Shown: one piece after another, positions 13,230 to 24,623 of the stretch
Layout: every line of letters begins with the position of its first letter
Position numbering within the stretch: the stretch's first letter is position 1
Assembly (NCBI GenBank): GCA_010093745.1
Contig: MU005975.1
Span: forward strand, 1 to 64,000
DNA length: 64,000 nucleotides
Reading direction: 5' to 3'
Source of the DNA: Piedraia hortae CBS 480.64
Taxonomy: Eukaryota
Program-made: the position numbers and the translations under genes
The notes under the pieces: generated by a model
What the model saw: only the letters and a program-made list of their open reading frames with translations
What the model was told of the DNA's origin: nothing
Database searches by the model: none

Positions 13230-13600
13230 CCCCACCTCCGCCATTAACCCTATCATCCCCGCCCCCGTCACCATCATCCATGTTCAATTTCACAAACACA
13301 GCGCCAATGACTCCCATGCCGAAGCCTCCATACGAGCTAGACTGGGCTAATATATCATGCTATTTGTATGAGCAAATACACTGGGTCTTCATGACACTTA
13401 CATCAACGTTTGGCGTTACGGTGGTAATTTCAGTGTCTGCTATGAAGCAAGGTGTAATATTAGCAATATCCAAATCAGTGAACTTGATCGCCGACCCAGT
13501 GTAGGTGGATATCGACTTCCACGTCCTTCCCATCAGCTGCATTTCGAAAGGAAACGCCGCTGTAAACGTTTCCGGTTCTGTCGGGCCATTCAAAAATCCA
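13230..13600 (-). pseudogene. Frameshifted paralog of the LOR-domain gene at 3500-4204
   Basis: One frame reads VSFRNAADGKDVEVDI and another reads IANITPCFIADTEITTVTPNVDVSVM..CIC, then a stop and SSYGGFGMG...GDGGGD. This is colinear with the 3500-4204 protein. Confidence 0.8.
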
Positions 13601-15129
13601 CGATAGAACTGTGTATACCTCCAAAAGTTATCAATATGGTTTCACCCAACTGGAACACATAACCCTGTCCAGCGCTTTCCAATTTAGAAGACTCGATAAA
13701 GAGAACACCGCAAGCCGGAGGAAGGTGAATGTGAACATCCCCAGAAGTTGAGCACTGCACCTTCAAAAGGCTTCAAGCGATTCATAAGCCAGCAAAATGA
13801 CGCTCAAGAATTTGGTGATCATCTGCAGTTAAAGGGGACGGAACTGGTAGTGTGAGTACACTGTGACGTAAACGTGTATATAGTTAAAGAGGGTCGAAAC
13901 GAGGCGACGTTGTTCATAGTTATCACGTGACACATCCTCCAACTTCTGCGCACCCTGACTTTCGTAGTTTGACTGTGAAATTACGATGTCGTGCAACTGG
14001 AAAGTTAAGATTTATCAGCTTCCCCATCCGGCTCGCACCGCCATTAGTATTCCGGCCGACCTGTTCATATCAAGCGTAAGATCTACGTTAGGTCTTGGAT
14101 CGCGCATCGATCCAGCCGATCGCGGACCGCAGGTTTGATAAACAAAATCTTCACGTATTGTTCCGCATGAAAACTTTTCTTGTTTGAGCGTGGGGAGCCG
14201 AGCAGTTGGCCATCAAAATAGTACGAGGCGCCAGATCTTTAGGAACCGCAAACCGTCTAATCGCTCGATATTAACAGCGTATGGCTAACAAGCCACTCCT
14301 TGGTATCATGATGCCCAGTGTCTGTTGACGGCCATTCGAGAAACTTGACATGCATCCGCATTGCGCACGACAGAGTGTTATAGGGTTGGAGTCGGTGGGC
14401 GGAACGGCCCATGCCGCTGCTGATGCGTCACGTTGGCTGGAAAAAGTTATCGTAGCTAGATATCATTATAGGAAGATACGGACACGCCTGAGAGGTGCCG
14501 CTGCTTATTAGAACAGTAACCTTTATACTACAGAGCAACTTGAAGATCAGAAAACCAAATGAGATGAAGGGCGTCACGGGCGCGGCTGTCGTCAGTTCAC
14601 GAGGATGACCTGGAACTGCCTCGCACGCAGCCAACCTTCTTAGCAGGTTTTCTTCACTTGTACGCGTTTCAATTGACGTAAAGACAACACTCAGCAAATG
14701 CTTTTAGCCGGTGCGAGAGGGCCTTTGCCTCTTATGATAGGAAGATCACACCGATACCATCCCCACCTGGTTAATGGTAAAACACCCTGCGAATTTGCAA
14801 CATCGATGATGTCAAATACGAATTAGCACGCAGTACAAAAACCAGAGGAAGAGTCTTGAACCCTGATGAACAGAGTGGTCATATGGTGATGACTGGCAAA
14901 TGTGTCCATCTGTTCGCACTAGGCATTCCACACCTTTCACCAGGCCAACTAACAGTCGAAAGGTGAGACCAAGATAATGTCTTGGAACATCCGCGGAAAA
15001 AGTTCCCCATTTCTGCCAAGGAACTCGCTACATATGTTATGCCCAACGCTACTGTTATAGATGGTGAGCCGCCCACGATATTCAGAGACCGCGCCTCAAG
15101 GGACTTCTTGTTGGGATTCAACCAATCAA

Positions 15130-15350
15130 CAATGCCTGACCGACTCAACTGATTTCGCCGCGACCGCGGTGCTCTACCAACCGTCACCGCATGGGGAGTG
15201 GCACTCGTAGTCTAGACGTCGGCTAAACTATCCGACACGGAGACCATTATCACATCCACGACAAGAACTCCTCGCCATTGTCAAGGCCCTCGCACACTGG
15301 AAAACTGAGCTGGAAGGCTCCCCGCACCGCATCCAGATCAATACCACAAG
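15130..15350 (+). mobile_element. Ty3/gypsy pol remnant (RNase H domain)
   Basis: Broken frames read TDSTDFAATAVLYQ...GEWH...SAKLS..E..YHIHDK/ELLAIVKALAHWKTELEG, matching the gypsy RNase H consensus TDASDxAxGAVLxQ...YxIHDKELLAIV. Confidence 0.85.
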
Positions 15351-15426
15351 AGCCCTGAAAGGGAAATGTAGCCGGCACAGGCTGTTCAAAGGGCTCTGTA
15401 ACCAAAATGCGAAAGAAAAATCCCCG

Positions 15427-15673
15427 TGTCACGATACGAGGCTAGGGACGAGGGATCAGGGCCGGGGATCGATGAGAGACAAGGGTGTGAGGCTCAAAGC
15501 AATGAGCTATTGACGACAGGACTGCATAGACCCTATGTAGACAGAGAACAACGCAGGAAGAAGAAAAATGAAAAGTCAGTGCCGTCTGAGTATGTGCCGC
15601 AAATTGAGGCCAATAGGCTCGGGACGTGGGCGGACCGGGCCCTTCCGCATGGCGCAGACCTTGAGTCCCGACA
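15427..15673 (+). mobile_element. LTR, family A (247 bp)
   Basis: TGTCACGA...CCCGACA termini and a full-length match to the reverse complement of 4480-4726. Flanks (CCCCG / CAAAG) do not form a TSD. Lies ~80 bp downstream of the gypsy RNase H remnant. Confidence 0.85.
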
Positions 15674-17173
15674 CAAAGTGTCTGCTGGTGTGAAGAAGCT
15701 GATCGGAGGCCACGCTAAGATCCTCTCGGCGATAGTCGAACGTCGTGAGACCCTTATGTTGCGCTCGAACGAATGTGATTTGGCAGCTTGTGTTGTGGAG
15801 AAGAAGACTGGAGATGCAGTCAACGCTCAGGATGGGTGTTACGAATGCGACAGCGACTGCTGTCAACCAGGCACCTGCCGCCGACCGAGAGACTAAGGTC
15901 GACCAGGAATTTACGTTAGATGAAAGTTACGTAAGTGCGTTAGTAATATCCTGCTTCTGTTGATGAATGACTAACAGATCGCTTAGCCACTTCTGATGGT
16001 CAACGACGACCCAGCGGAGCGTGCTCTAGTATGCACTCGTGGACTTGATCGTGCGCTTTTGGACCAAAGGGGTAAGATGGTGCGGCACAGGAGCGATGAC
16101 AACACAACATCACGTGGATAGTTCTCGCTATACGGAGATGTGCCACGACCCAAATTCTTCGAAAACCCCTCGGGGAAGGAGTAGCCAGCTAGGTAGGATC
16201 TCTGCCCTGCACCGATGTCGTTCCTGCGCTTTTCTGTTAGGCGCAATCTATGTTCTCGCCGCATCTACTTTTTCTCACGCGCTCGCTGATTTTCGTTCGT
16301 GTCATTCAAGGCAAAGGCCATGTCATCCCGACAGACTAACGACAGCTTCCCGAAGGGCATAGATGCATGCTATGTACGCTAGGTGAACTTTTCACAGCCT
16401 TTGAATCTCGGTTTCGGGGAACCAGAAACGGGAGGAAGACGAGCCCCGCAACGAGAACTGTTTTACACGTTTTAACCATTATTTGAAATAGTTCTCATAT
16501 TATAGACATGTAGTTACTGCGTTGGACTCGTCGTCGGAAGCGCTATAGACTGATACCATCAGCTGGTGCCAAGTAAGGATCATACTTCGTGAGTTCAGCT
16601 AGACTACCTCATGAATTGAGACTTGGGGATAGAGTAGGCTGCAAATCCGCGGAGAACCTTCTAAACCTCCACAGCACATTTTCATATCGTTCGGCAGCCG
16701 AAGCCTAGGCTTCCAAAACACTGCCGTCACAGGGTTGTATTACCCAAACAGGGACTAACAGCGTGAAGAAAAACCCCACATTACGCTAGCATATCGCTCG
16801 GTCAGTTGGCTCTCCATGGACGAAGCTAATTCATTGCAGCATTTGACGAATGTCCTTAGAGCAGGCAGCGCACGTGAGACGTTAGGTAGCAAGACTAGAC
16901 ACTCTCTCAAGCTTGGGGTTAATTGTTTAGAAGCTTGAAAAAGACTAGACTAGAGCACTGATATGAAATACCGGGCTTAGAAAGGAATAGAGTAGAAGCG
17001 GTTTTCGGTTATGAAAGCATATCTGTTGTGCCAATTTTGACCAAGCGGGAATGGTATCTGAGAAAAACACTAGCAAACAAGAGGAAAACACGGATGACAT
17101 TCATTCGATTTAGTTTAATTTTGATGTCTGAAACCGTGGCAACATGGCTGCGGATGATAGACCAATAGATCAA

Positions 17174-17410
17174 TGTAGTAGAGTCTTTATTAGGAACAGG
17201 AAGACAAGAGAAGTAACCGAAGGACAACAGAGACAATTAGGAATGTCGGTGCCGGCAGCCCTCTCGGGAATCTGGATTATGTAGCTGCTGGATACAAAAA
17301 CAAGGAAAAGAGCGACAATTGGGGGAAAGAAGGGGAAAGAGGAGGGTGGAGGGGAGGACATTGCCCGAACCCGCACCGCCAGCGAAGACAATCTGCTGCA
17401 GAGCTCAACA
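17174..17410 (-). mobile_element. Candidate solo LTR (third family)
   Basis: The minus strand reads TGTTG...AATAAA...CTACA over 237 bp and is preceded by a purine-rich stretch (AGAGGGGAAAA). No TSD and no second copy in the window. Confidence 0.35.
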
Positions 17411-18109
17411 GGGATTTTCCCCTCTAGCCATCCACAGTCGACCGACCTTCTCCGTTGCGTGAAGATTTCCCCCTGCGAATTTCTGTCGCGCACTAGTTAC
17501 CCTCTTCACGAACCCCAATTTTGCATTCATGGTCGCTGCTCAGTCCATGTTTTTGAATGTGCTTCAGACTCCGGCCTAGTTATTTGTTTCCCAGACGACC
17601 AACGCGTCCAAATATCTGGCTTGGAATTCAGAGTAACGTGCTAAACCGTGATGTCGAATTGAGCGTTGACACTTGTGCCGGACCGTCATGATACACAGCT
17701 AACCCCGCATCAATAATGGTCATTGATGGGTCATGTGAATCTATACCGCCTCGGTCTGATAGGTCAGATATCGCCCAAACAATTCCTTCAACGACCGTCA
17801 CGGTGACTTGTCTGCAAGGCACTTCAACATTGTTGTGCTATGCATTTTCAATTCGGCAACTGGGATTGAGGAATCTAACCATGCTGATGAAACAATCTGA
17901 CAGCTTTTACCTGTTGCGTGTGCCAGGGAGAAACCATGGCTTTGCGTGCTGAGATGGACTGCACATCACAAGCTGAAGCGCAGTGCAATGGCCTTGCTTG
18001 CAAGAGATTGGCAGGACTTTCTTGAGGAAGGTGCATCCGATTAGTGCAATGTTTGTGCTGGTGGGAGCCGCTCGAATCACAACACGACAACATCGCACCA
18101 ACATGTCCG

Positions 18110-20400
18110 GTTTGCCGGTGGAAACGCAGCATGTTACCGTTGAGAGACCAGCGGCTGCATGGCGCCTCTGTGGAGTGCACACAGCTCTGTCTCTCCACGG
18201 CCTCTCGCTCGGCCAGATACGCACGCTCCACATGAGCTATCCAGCAACCGCTACGGCAGAGACGTTGGACGTTCAAAGTTCTTTCCAGGTTGGCGATGGA
18301 GACAAGTAATCGACGAGGGCTTGCCACGAGAAGTCCCAAACCAAGGGACTGGCGGATAGCTTCTGTCTCGTATTGGGCAACAGCTCAAATGCCCATCTAC
18401 AGCAGGGTCACGGCATCCTTTGACTTATTTCTCAGCAAGCGGTGCACCCGAAAGATGTGATCACTGTCGTGGCAACGAACAAAAGAACCTGGTCCGCAAC
18501 TAAGGGGGCCATTCAAGCGCCCAAAGCGATGGTAGGTACCGCGTGTTCACTCAATGGCGAAGTCCGCTTGCAGTGCACTGTGCGGCTAAGGTGTCATGTG
18601 CTTTGGCTTCCACATCGATAGCCCAGGACCAGTCTCCTCGCATGGCAAGCCAATCTTCTTCCAGTTGTGCGGGTTAAGAAAAGCCTCACGAACCGCACAG
18701 CCAGCGCAGATCATTCTGCCGTTTACATGTCACCAGCCTCCTTCCGCCATGTGTCGAACACCGGCGAGAAGAGCGTTCCGTCTAGCCACGTCTCGGGACT
18801 GTTGTTGAGAAGTATCAGTGCCATACCTCGGCCAGATAATAGACTATACAAAGAAAAATGCTGTATAGCAACATGCTCAAAGAGCGTAATAAAGAGGACA
18901 GTGGGGCAATGGAGTGATATTTAATATTGTCTGAACAAAGAAGCTACTTGTATATAAGCTCGCTGCTGAACATCAGAAAACACAACTTTGTTCAAACTCA
19001 ATCTTCAGAATGAACGCTACGCAACAACCATCTTCGAACAGGGACAATGCAAGACGGTTTATGTGCTCAATTTGCCGTTTGGTGTGCTTATTCAGGCTCT
19101 CTTGAACCTGAGAGGTGGTAGCGATGATCGGTCCAAATCGCTCAACCCATATAGGGATATGGAAGAGATAGATCTTGGTCTTTTGCGCCTTCGTGTCTAA
19201 GCCCCAGAGCTCGGCTCAGGCGCTGATGAAGCCCCTGGCCGCTGACACTGCGTCTTGTGACTACAGCCGGAAGTCCTCGACAACATCATCGTACAAAAAC
19301 TTCACCAGCTTGGCTACCAGCTGCCAGAGCTCGATAATGGGCTGGAACTCCTACAGCCGGCTTCTTGCCGCATAAAATGTAATCAACACTACGGGCCAGA
19401 CTTGGATCATCTTGTGCCAGTCGTTGCCATTGAAAGAAAGGAAGCTGTAGAAGCCATCCGAATTGGCCGCCACAGCGCAAAGACCCAAGGTCATCCATGT
19501 CGCCTTTGAGGAGCTCGCGGTCCTTTGTGGCTTCTCAAAGGTACTCCACAAGGCCCAGCAAGATACAATGCAGCACCTCGAAGGGAAAGTCCCGATGTGG
19601 GTCAAATCCCTTCTGTTCAGAGAGGCTTCGCGATGGGATCGACATATCCTGTGAGTCCTCGATCATCTGGCGCATGTGCCGCAGCGCTCGGTTCGTCTAT
19701 GTGTCCAGAAGGTTCTCAAGCTTCTTGATCGAGCAGCAATCATAGACGCAGACGCAGCAGGTGTATTTGCTTTTCCATTTGTGCGAGCAGAGCTCCGATG
19801 CCGCAAGATTATCGGCCACACCCATGTTAAGGCCACCGTTAACAACATGCCTGCCTCCTGTGGCGTGTCAAAGGTCGTGACACCTCGCTTGGGGGCGGGC
19901 CATGTCTCTTGGCAAGGCTTTGACCATGTTGTGTCCCTTCATTCTTGGCCCAACTGGAACGAAATGATGATTAGAGCGGTGGAAGTTGTCCTGGTGAATT
20001 AGCGGTTTCCGCCATGACCTGCCAAAAAAAAAATGGAGACCACTTACTGTTCTGGGCAAACCAGTAAATTTGAACAGCCACCCTTCGATGCTGTTCCAGC
20101 GCTTCGACCGCACCATTCCCATGCCGTCGTTCCAGAAGTCTATGTTGGATTGGGCGATTTAATAGCCCTTTGCCCCCACCGCCTCCCGAGCAGAGTGTGG
20201 GTTCTTGAGAAATTGTTGAGATCCCTCTTCAAACGGGCTGCCGTCCTCCGCAGCAAAGGTCCACCGATCCTGGCGCCAAACTCTTTCGATGTCCCCTTGC
20301 AGGAAGAACAGAATATCGGACCTGTTCGTCAAATCGAGGTTTCCGTGCTTGGTGCGAATTGTGGCTATATGTCGGCCGGTATGAGCGCCTTACCTCTTCA
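18110..20400 (-). mobile_element. Decayed CMC (CACTA/Mirage/Chapaev)-type DNA transposase gene
   Basis: Colinear motifs across several frameshifts and stops: NPHSAREA...DFWNDG...SKRWN...GLPR (~20060-20215), VADNLAASELCSH...YTCCVC (~19748-19822), GFDPHRDFPFEVLHCILLGLVEYL (~19535-19610), IPIWVERFGPII...ESLNK...HINR (~19050-19160), LNVQRLC (~18255-18280). Confidence 0.75.
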
Positions 20401-21818
20401 CAGCCTCAGCGCCTTCTCGACAAAGATTCCTTTGTCCTAAAACTTGACGCAAGCAGCCATGGGTCCAGCCTCTGATTCTAGACCACCTTTGAATCCATTG
20501 ATGGGGCCAGACGGCACTACTCACACGGTCTCACAGGCCTCATGAAAGACCTCGCTGACCGACGGCATATCCTGCGATCACAAACGAAAGCCTCCTCCAG
20601 AACCGGGCTTCTCAACACGAGGATGAAGTAATTAAGTGCTGGCTGCTCCAAGGCGCATTACTCTAAGATTGAGAAGATTTCTTGCTTGGTCGGTAGATTC
20701 AGGTCCACATAGTTGCCTGTTGGGGTGGCGCTTGGATCGGCATCAATGACGTCGGAATTGATTGAGGACGTCAAGCTACGCCACTCAGGAAGAAGGGAAG
20801 ACGCCGGCGCTAGGTAAGTGGTGCAATCTTTCGAGGCTTGCAGGTGGTTAAGAGGTTATTGGGTTTTGAATACGGAGATGCTGGAAGCTAGAAACGAACC
20901 CCTTAATCCTGTGGCTGCTGCTGCTCCTCATGGTCCGCAAAGCCAGCATGAGGCATTCTATCACATTCCAGTGAGGGTTACGTCGGGAATTTTCCGCAGG
21001 CTTCGCGATCGCGGAACAGTTCCCGCTAGAGCCGCAATTGGTTCGGCGGAAAGATGCCGCACATGCGGAATTGGCCCGCTCCCTCCTACAAAAGAAGTTT
21101 GTGCTCCCTTTTCCTTTCTCTCTTCAGATCAAAAACAACGGAGCTTGCCACGACTGCCGTCTCGCTTCTCAACCCTCTTGGGTTGTCGAGTGTTTTACGT
21201 GACGTCCTGTTGCCAGTCCTTTTTAAGGACATCGCTCCGGAGAGAGACTCTCCTGGATTAGGAAGCTTGCCGCTCGATGTGTCACTTTATTGTGGCGATG
21301 GGCAGGAAGTGTCCGAGAAAGGAGTACATTCCCAGCGTTGTAGCGTCATGGGTAGAGGCTTTTGGAGTCTTTTGTGTCAATGTTTCCAATCTGTTCTTGT
21401 TGCTCTCAGACGCGGGCGTATCAATTGCAAACGAGATATCTCGACTGTAAATTGTACGTGAGTTCGGCTGTCGCTCGATGCAAGTTGAAGAACATTGTAA
21501 GGATGGCATTGTATTATTCTAGAGGGAACATACGACGATGTCACAGATACAGAGGTGGTCCCTACAGAAATGTCAGATGAGCTGCGTCGTAGCCCATGGC
21601 AGGAGGCAAGTGCCACGCCACTAAATTTGGCGACGTACACTTGCAGCTCCCATCATAGGCGGAGTTTCAAGCAGTGATCATGGGTTAAACGGCAAGACAT
21701 CCCGTAGATGTAGCCTCCATATGGGATCTTGCAAGAAAGACGAGGCTCAGTGGCTCCGATAGGCCGTGGAAAAACACTTGTGCTGCCCTGAAACTACAGA
21801 CATGTCGGTGCTCAGCAT

Positions 21819-22536
21819 TTACCGCACAATGCCGTCGAAACGGTTCTTGAACCACTTAACCGTCTCCGCCTGATCAATGCGGTGGGAAGCACCAATTCTG
21901 GACTTGCAGCGGCGACGGCGGGCTACGCGCTCGCCGGGACGAGTCCTGCGACTGTTAGCGAATGCCAAGCTTATCCGATTAGCAGCACGTACATGCAGCA
22001 ATAAAAGTCCATGCCGTAGATACCAATCGCCGGATCGTACTTGATCCCAAGATCGATGTGCTCTGAGATGCCGAAGCCAAAGTTGCCCGTCTCCGAGAAG
22101 TTGCGCTTGCGTAGCTCGTACTCCTTGACCTTGAGGCCGCGCTCGAGGATCTCTTCGGCCTTGGGACCTCGGACAGTGACGTGCACAGCAATCTTTTCGT
22201 TACGTCGGATTCCGAATGTGCGCACGGTATAGCGGGCCTTGCCTGTCCTCCATTAGCGACTCTCCGCTGTGCCTTCCGTGGCCAACGCACTGTAGACGGG
22301 CGTCTGCCCACTCAGCTGCTCGAGCACTTTAGCAGCCCTAGTCAATCTATCGCCCGACTCGCCAACGGAGATGTTGAGGACCAGCTTCTGGATGCGCAGT
22401 TCGCGCATCGGGTTACCGCTCTTATCCTTGCCAGGCTCATTGGTGTGGGACACCTGCTGGTTGGATGGTTCGCCGCGTGCCTGGTCCAGTCAGTCCTGAA
22501 GTCCATGCCCAGTGCCTCCAAAACCGTGCTCACCAT
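21819..22536 (-). CDS. RPL11: 60S ribosomal protein L11 (uL5), 4 exons
   Basis: [67 protein letters not shown]...[23 protein letters not shown] at 22536 is followed directly by a GTGAGC intron (22481-22533), with two further GT-AG introns near 22243-22290 and 21946-21992. Confidence 0.98.
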
Positions 22537-22705
22537 TGCTGCAAATAGATTTGGTGCGTGAGGTTGGGTGCAATGTCGCAGTGGGTGCCGGATTTCGCTG
22601 GGTGGGGGATGTCTTGGCGCTCGGAAACTCCCGCAGCCGACCACAGGTCAACCCAGCCCAAACACAAAAACACCACTTGGCGATCGCGCGCAACCAGTCA
22701 TCAAC
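22537..22705. promoter_or_regulatory. Short divergent (probably bidirectional) promoter between RPL11 and SmB
   Basis: Only 169 bp separates the two head-to-head start codons. Confidence 0.7.
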
Positions 22706-23386
22706 ATGGCGGCCCCAAACAAGCAGGGCAAGATGGTGTGTACAATTTCATGCTCCTACTCTATAGTTTGCTGACGGAAACAGCAAGGCTACATCAACTA
22801 CCGCATGCGAGCGACCATGATTGACGGACGACAGCTGGTTGGACAGATGCTGGCCTTTGACAAGTACATGAACCTTGTTTTGGCCGACTGTGACGAGTTC
22901 CGGAAAGTCAAGCGCAAAGCAAAGGGCGGCGTCGATGCGCAACAGATGGTGGAAACAGAAGAGAAGCGCACGCTAGGTCTGGCGATAGTACGTGGAGCCC
23001 ATGTTGTATCATGCTCAGTTGAGGGACCGCCGCCTTCAGATCCCGCAGACCGGCTGGGTGTGGGCGTGGCCTCCACGGCACCAACGGTTATGCAGGCGGG
23101 CCCTGGAATCAGTCGACCGGCCGGACGAGGGACGGGCGTCGGGTTACAAGGACCAGCCATGGGTGTTGGTGGACAGTTTCCAGCTTTCCCTGGGGTGCCT
23201 CCAATGGGAAGAGGCGGTGCACCTGGGTTTCAACCCCCTGGCTTTCCAGGCGCTCCGCCACGTAAGTTCATGAACCAAATTGCACACCAGACACTAACTT
23301 TCGCAGCTGGCTTTGCTCCGCCGCCAGGCTTCAGTCCCGCAGGACGCGGATTCGGTGCACCTCCTCCAGGGTTCCAGGGCAGGTAA
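22706..23386 (+). CDS. SMB1: Small nuclear ribonucleoprotein-associated protein B (SmB), 3 exons
   Basis: MAAPNKQGKM|QGYINYRMRATMIDGRQLVGQMLAFDKYMNLVLADCDEFRK...EEKRTLGLAIVRG...SVEGPPP (Sm1/Sm2 motifs), with a Gly/Pro/Arg-rich tail. Introns 22736-22783 and 23262-23306. Confidence 0.97.
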
Positions 23387-23660
23387 TCAGGTAATGATGG
23401 CTGTGAGATAGGAAACTAGCTGTAGAGGGAGAAGGGTTGGCTCATCGTTAGCGACGGCGTTGGGAAAGGCATGTCTCATATCACACGCAACGAGTGTTTT
23501 TAGTATAGATACTCGGGCAGTTTGCCAGCATCCAGGCGTCGACAGGTGACGGTAGGCAGTGTAGCAATGCGGCGACGTTAACTGGACGGCATCGACTGGC
23601 CCGAAGTTTAGCCGACCTTACTTTGAAACCTTTGACCGCTGCAACATCGCACTTCTGGGA

Positions 23661-24623
23661 ATGATTCCCCGACAACTAGGAAGGCCGTTGGCGGCTTTCG
23701 CTCCCTTGAGATACACAGGTCCATCGTGCGTGACCCTCCCATCCGCTTCCTTTGTTAGTCCGCGGCGGTCCCTCCACAAATTGCCCATCCTCGATCAAGA
23801 CAATATGTTCCGTCGGCATGGAATCGCAAATTTCATCAGTCCCGAGGCGTATGACATGGCCTGGACACAGTATCAGCAGCAGACGCTGAATAAACTCAAC
23901 GATCTCCTCGCTGACGACCCGCTGGAACACATCAAGATCAGATCCGTCATCCTTCAGACTGCGCATGATCCGATGGCGGCTCACATCTTCAACCACGCCA
24001 GCATGGCATGGAACAACCACGCGTTCTTTTCGACTCTAAGCAGCGATCCAAAGAAGCTCGAGGCAATTCCAAGGTTGCAGGAGAGTCTTGAGGTGACGTT
24101 CGGAAGCATTGAGAACCTCAAAATGACCATGCTTGACACTGCTGCGGCAATGTTCGGGCCTGGTTTTGTGTGGTTAATCTGGTCGCGGGACTTGGAGCCA
24201 CCTACTTCGAGAATAAGAAAAGGCAGTTGGCGCATTCTGACGACTTATATCGCCGGTACTCCATTCGCAGAGGCAGGATACCGCCAACAGGGTCTGGATA
24301 CAAACACCAATAATTCTACCACTATGAAAAATTACATGAACTCGCCTCCTATCAACAATGTCGGGGCTTTTGGTGCCTTCAGTCGTTCAGGCAAAGAGCA
24401 GGCATCACTGCCACCTGGTGGCGCGAACGTTTTACCAGTTTTGTGCGTCAATACGTGGGAGCATGTATGGCTTAGAGACTACGGCATGGACGGCAAACGG
24501 GCATATCTTCAGGAATGGTGGAATGCCATCGACTGGCATGCCGTGGACAATAATACGCCGCCCGAAGCAAAATCTGCCTTGCAGTTCATTAGGGGAGATG
24601 ACAAGAGCCCATTGGGTAATTAG
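23661..24623 (+). CDS. Fe/Mn-SOD-fold mitochondrial small ribosomal subunit protein (mS42/mS43, Rsm26/Mrp1-like)
   Basis: Arg/Ser-rich N-terminal presequence, then IFNHASMAWNNHAFF, FGSIENLK..., FGPGFVWL and PVLCVNTWEHVWLRDYG. The SOD metal ligands are substituted (AWTQYQ in place of the His-containing motif; NTWEH in place of DxWEH). Confidence 0.88.
   Translation: MIPRQLGRPLAAFAPLRYTGPSCVTLPSASFVSPRRSLHKLPILDQDNMFRRHGIANFISPEAYDMAWTQYQQQTLNKLNDLLADDPLEHIKIRSVILQTAHDPMAAHIFNHASMAWNNHAFFSTLSSDPKKLEAIPRLQESLEVTFGSIENLKMTMLDTAAAMFGPGFVWLIWSRDLEPPTSRIRKGSWRILTTYIAGTPFAEAGYRQQGLDTNTNNSTTMKNYMNSPPINNVGAFGAFSRSGKEQASLPPGGANVLPVLCVNTWEHVWLRDYGMDGKRAYLQEWWNAIDWHAVDNNTPPEAKSALQFIRGDDKSPLGN

Noticed and set aside
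15426..15896. 156-aa ORF in the track
   Set aside because: It starts at a GTG at the LTR edge and reads through the LTR, so it is probably spurious.
17875..18720. Cys-rich frames suggesting an NFX1-type zinc-finger protein
   Set aside because: They are better explained as the C-terminal part of the CMC-type transposase relic and off-frame translations.
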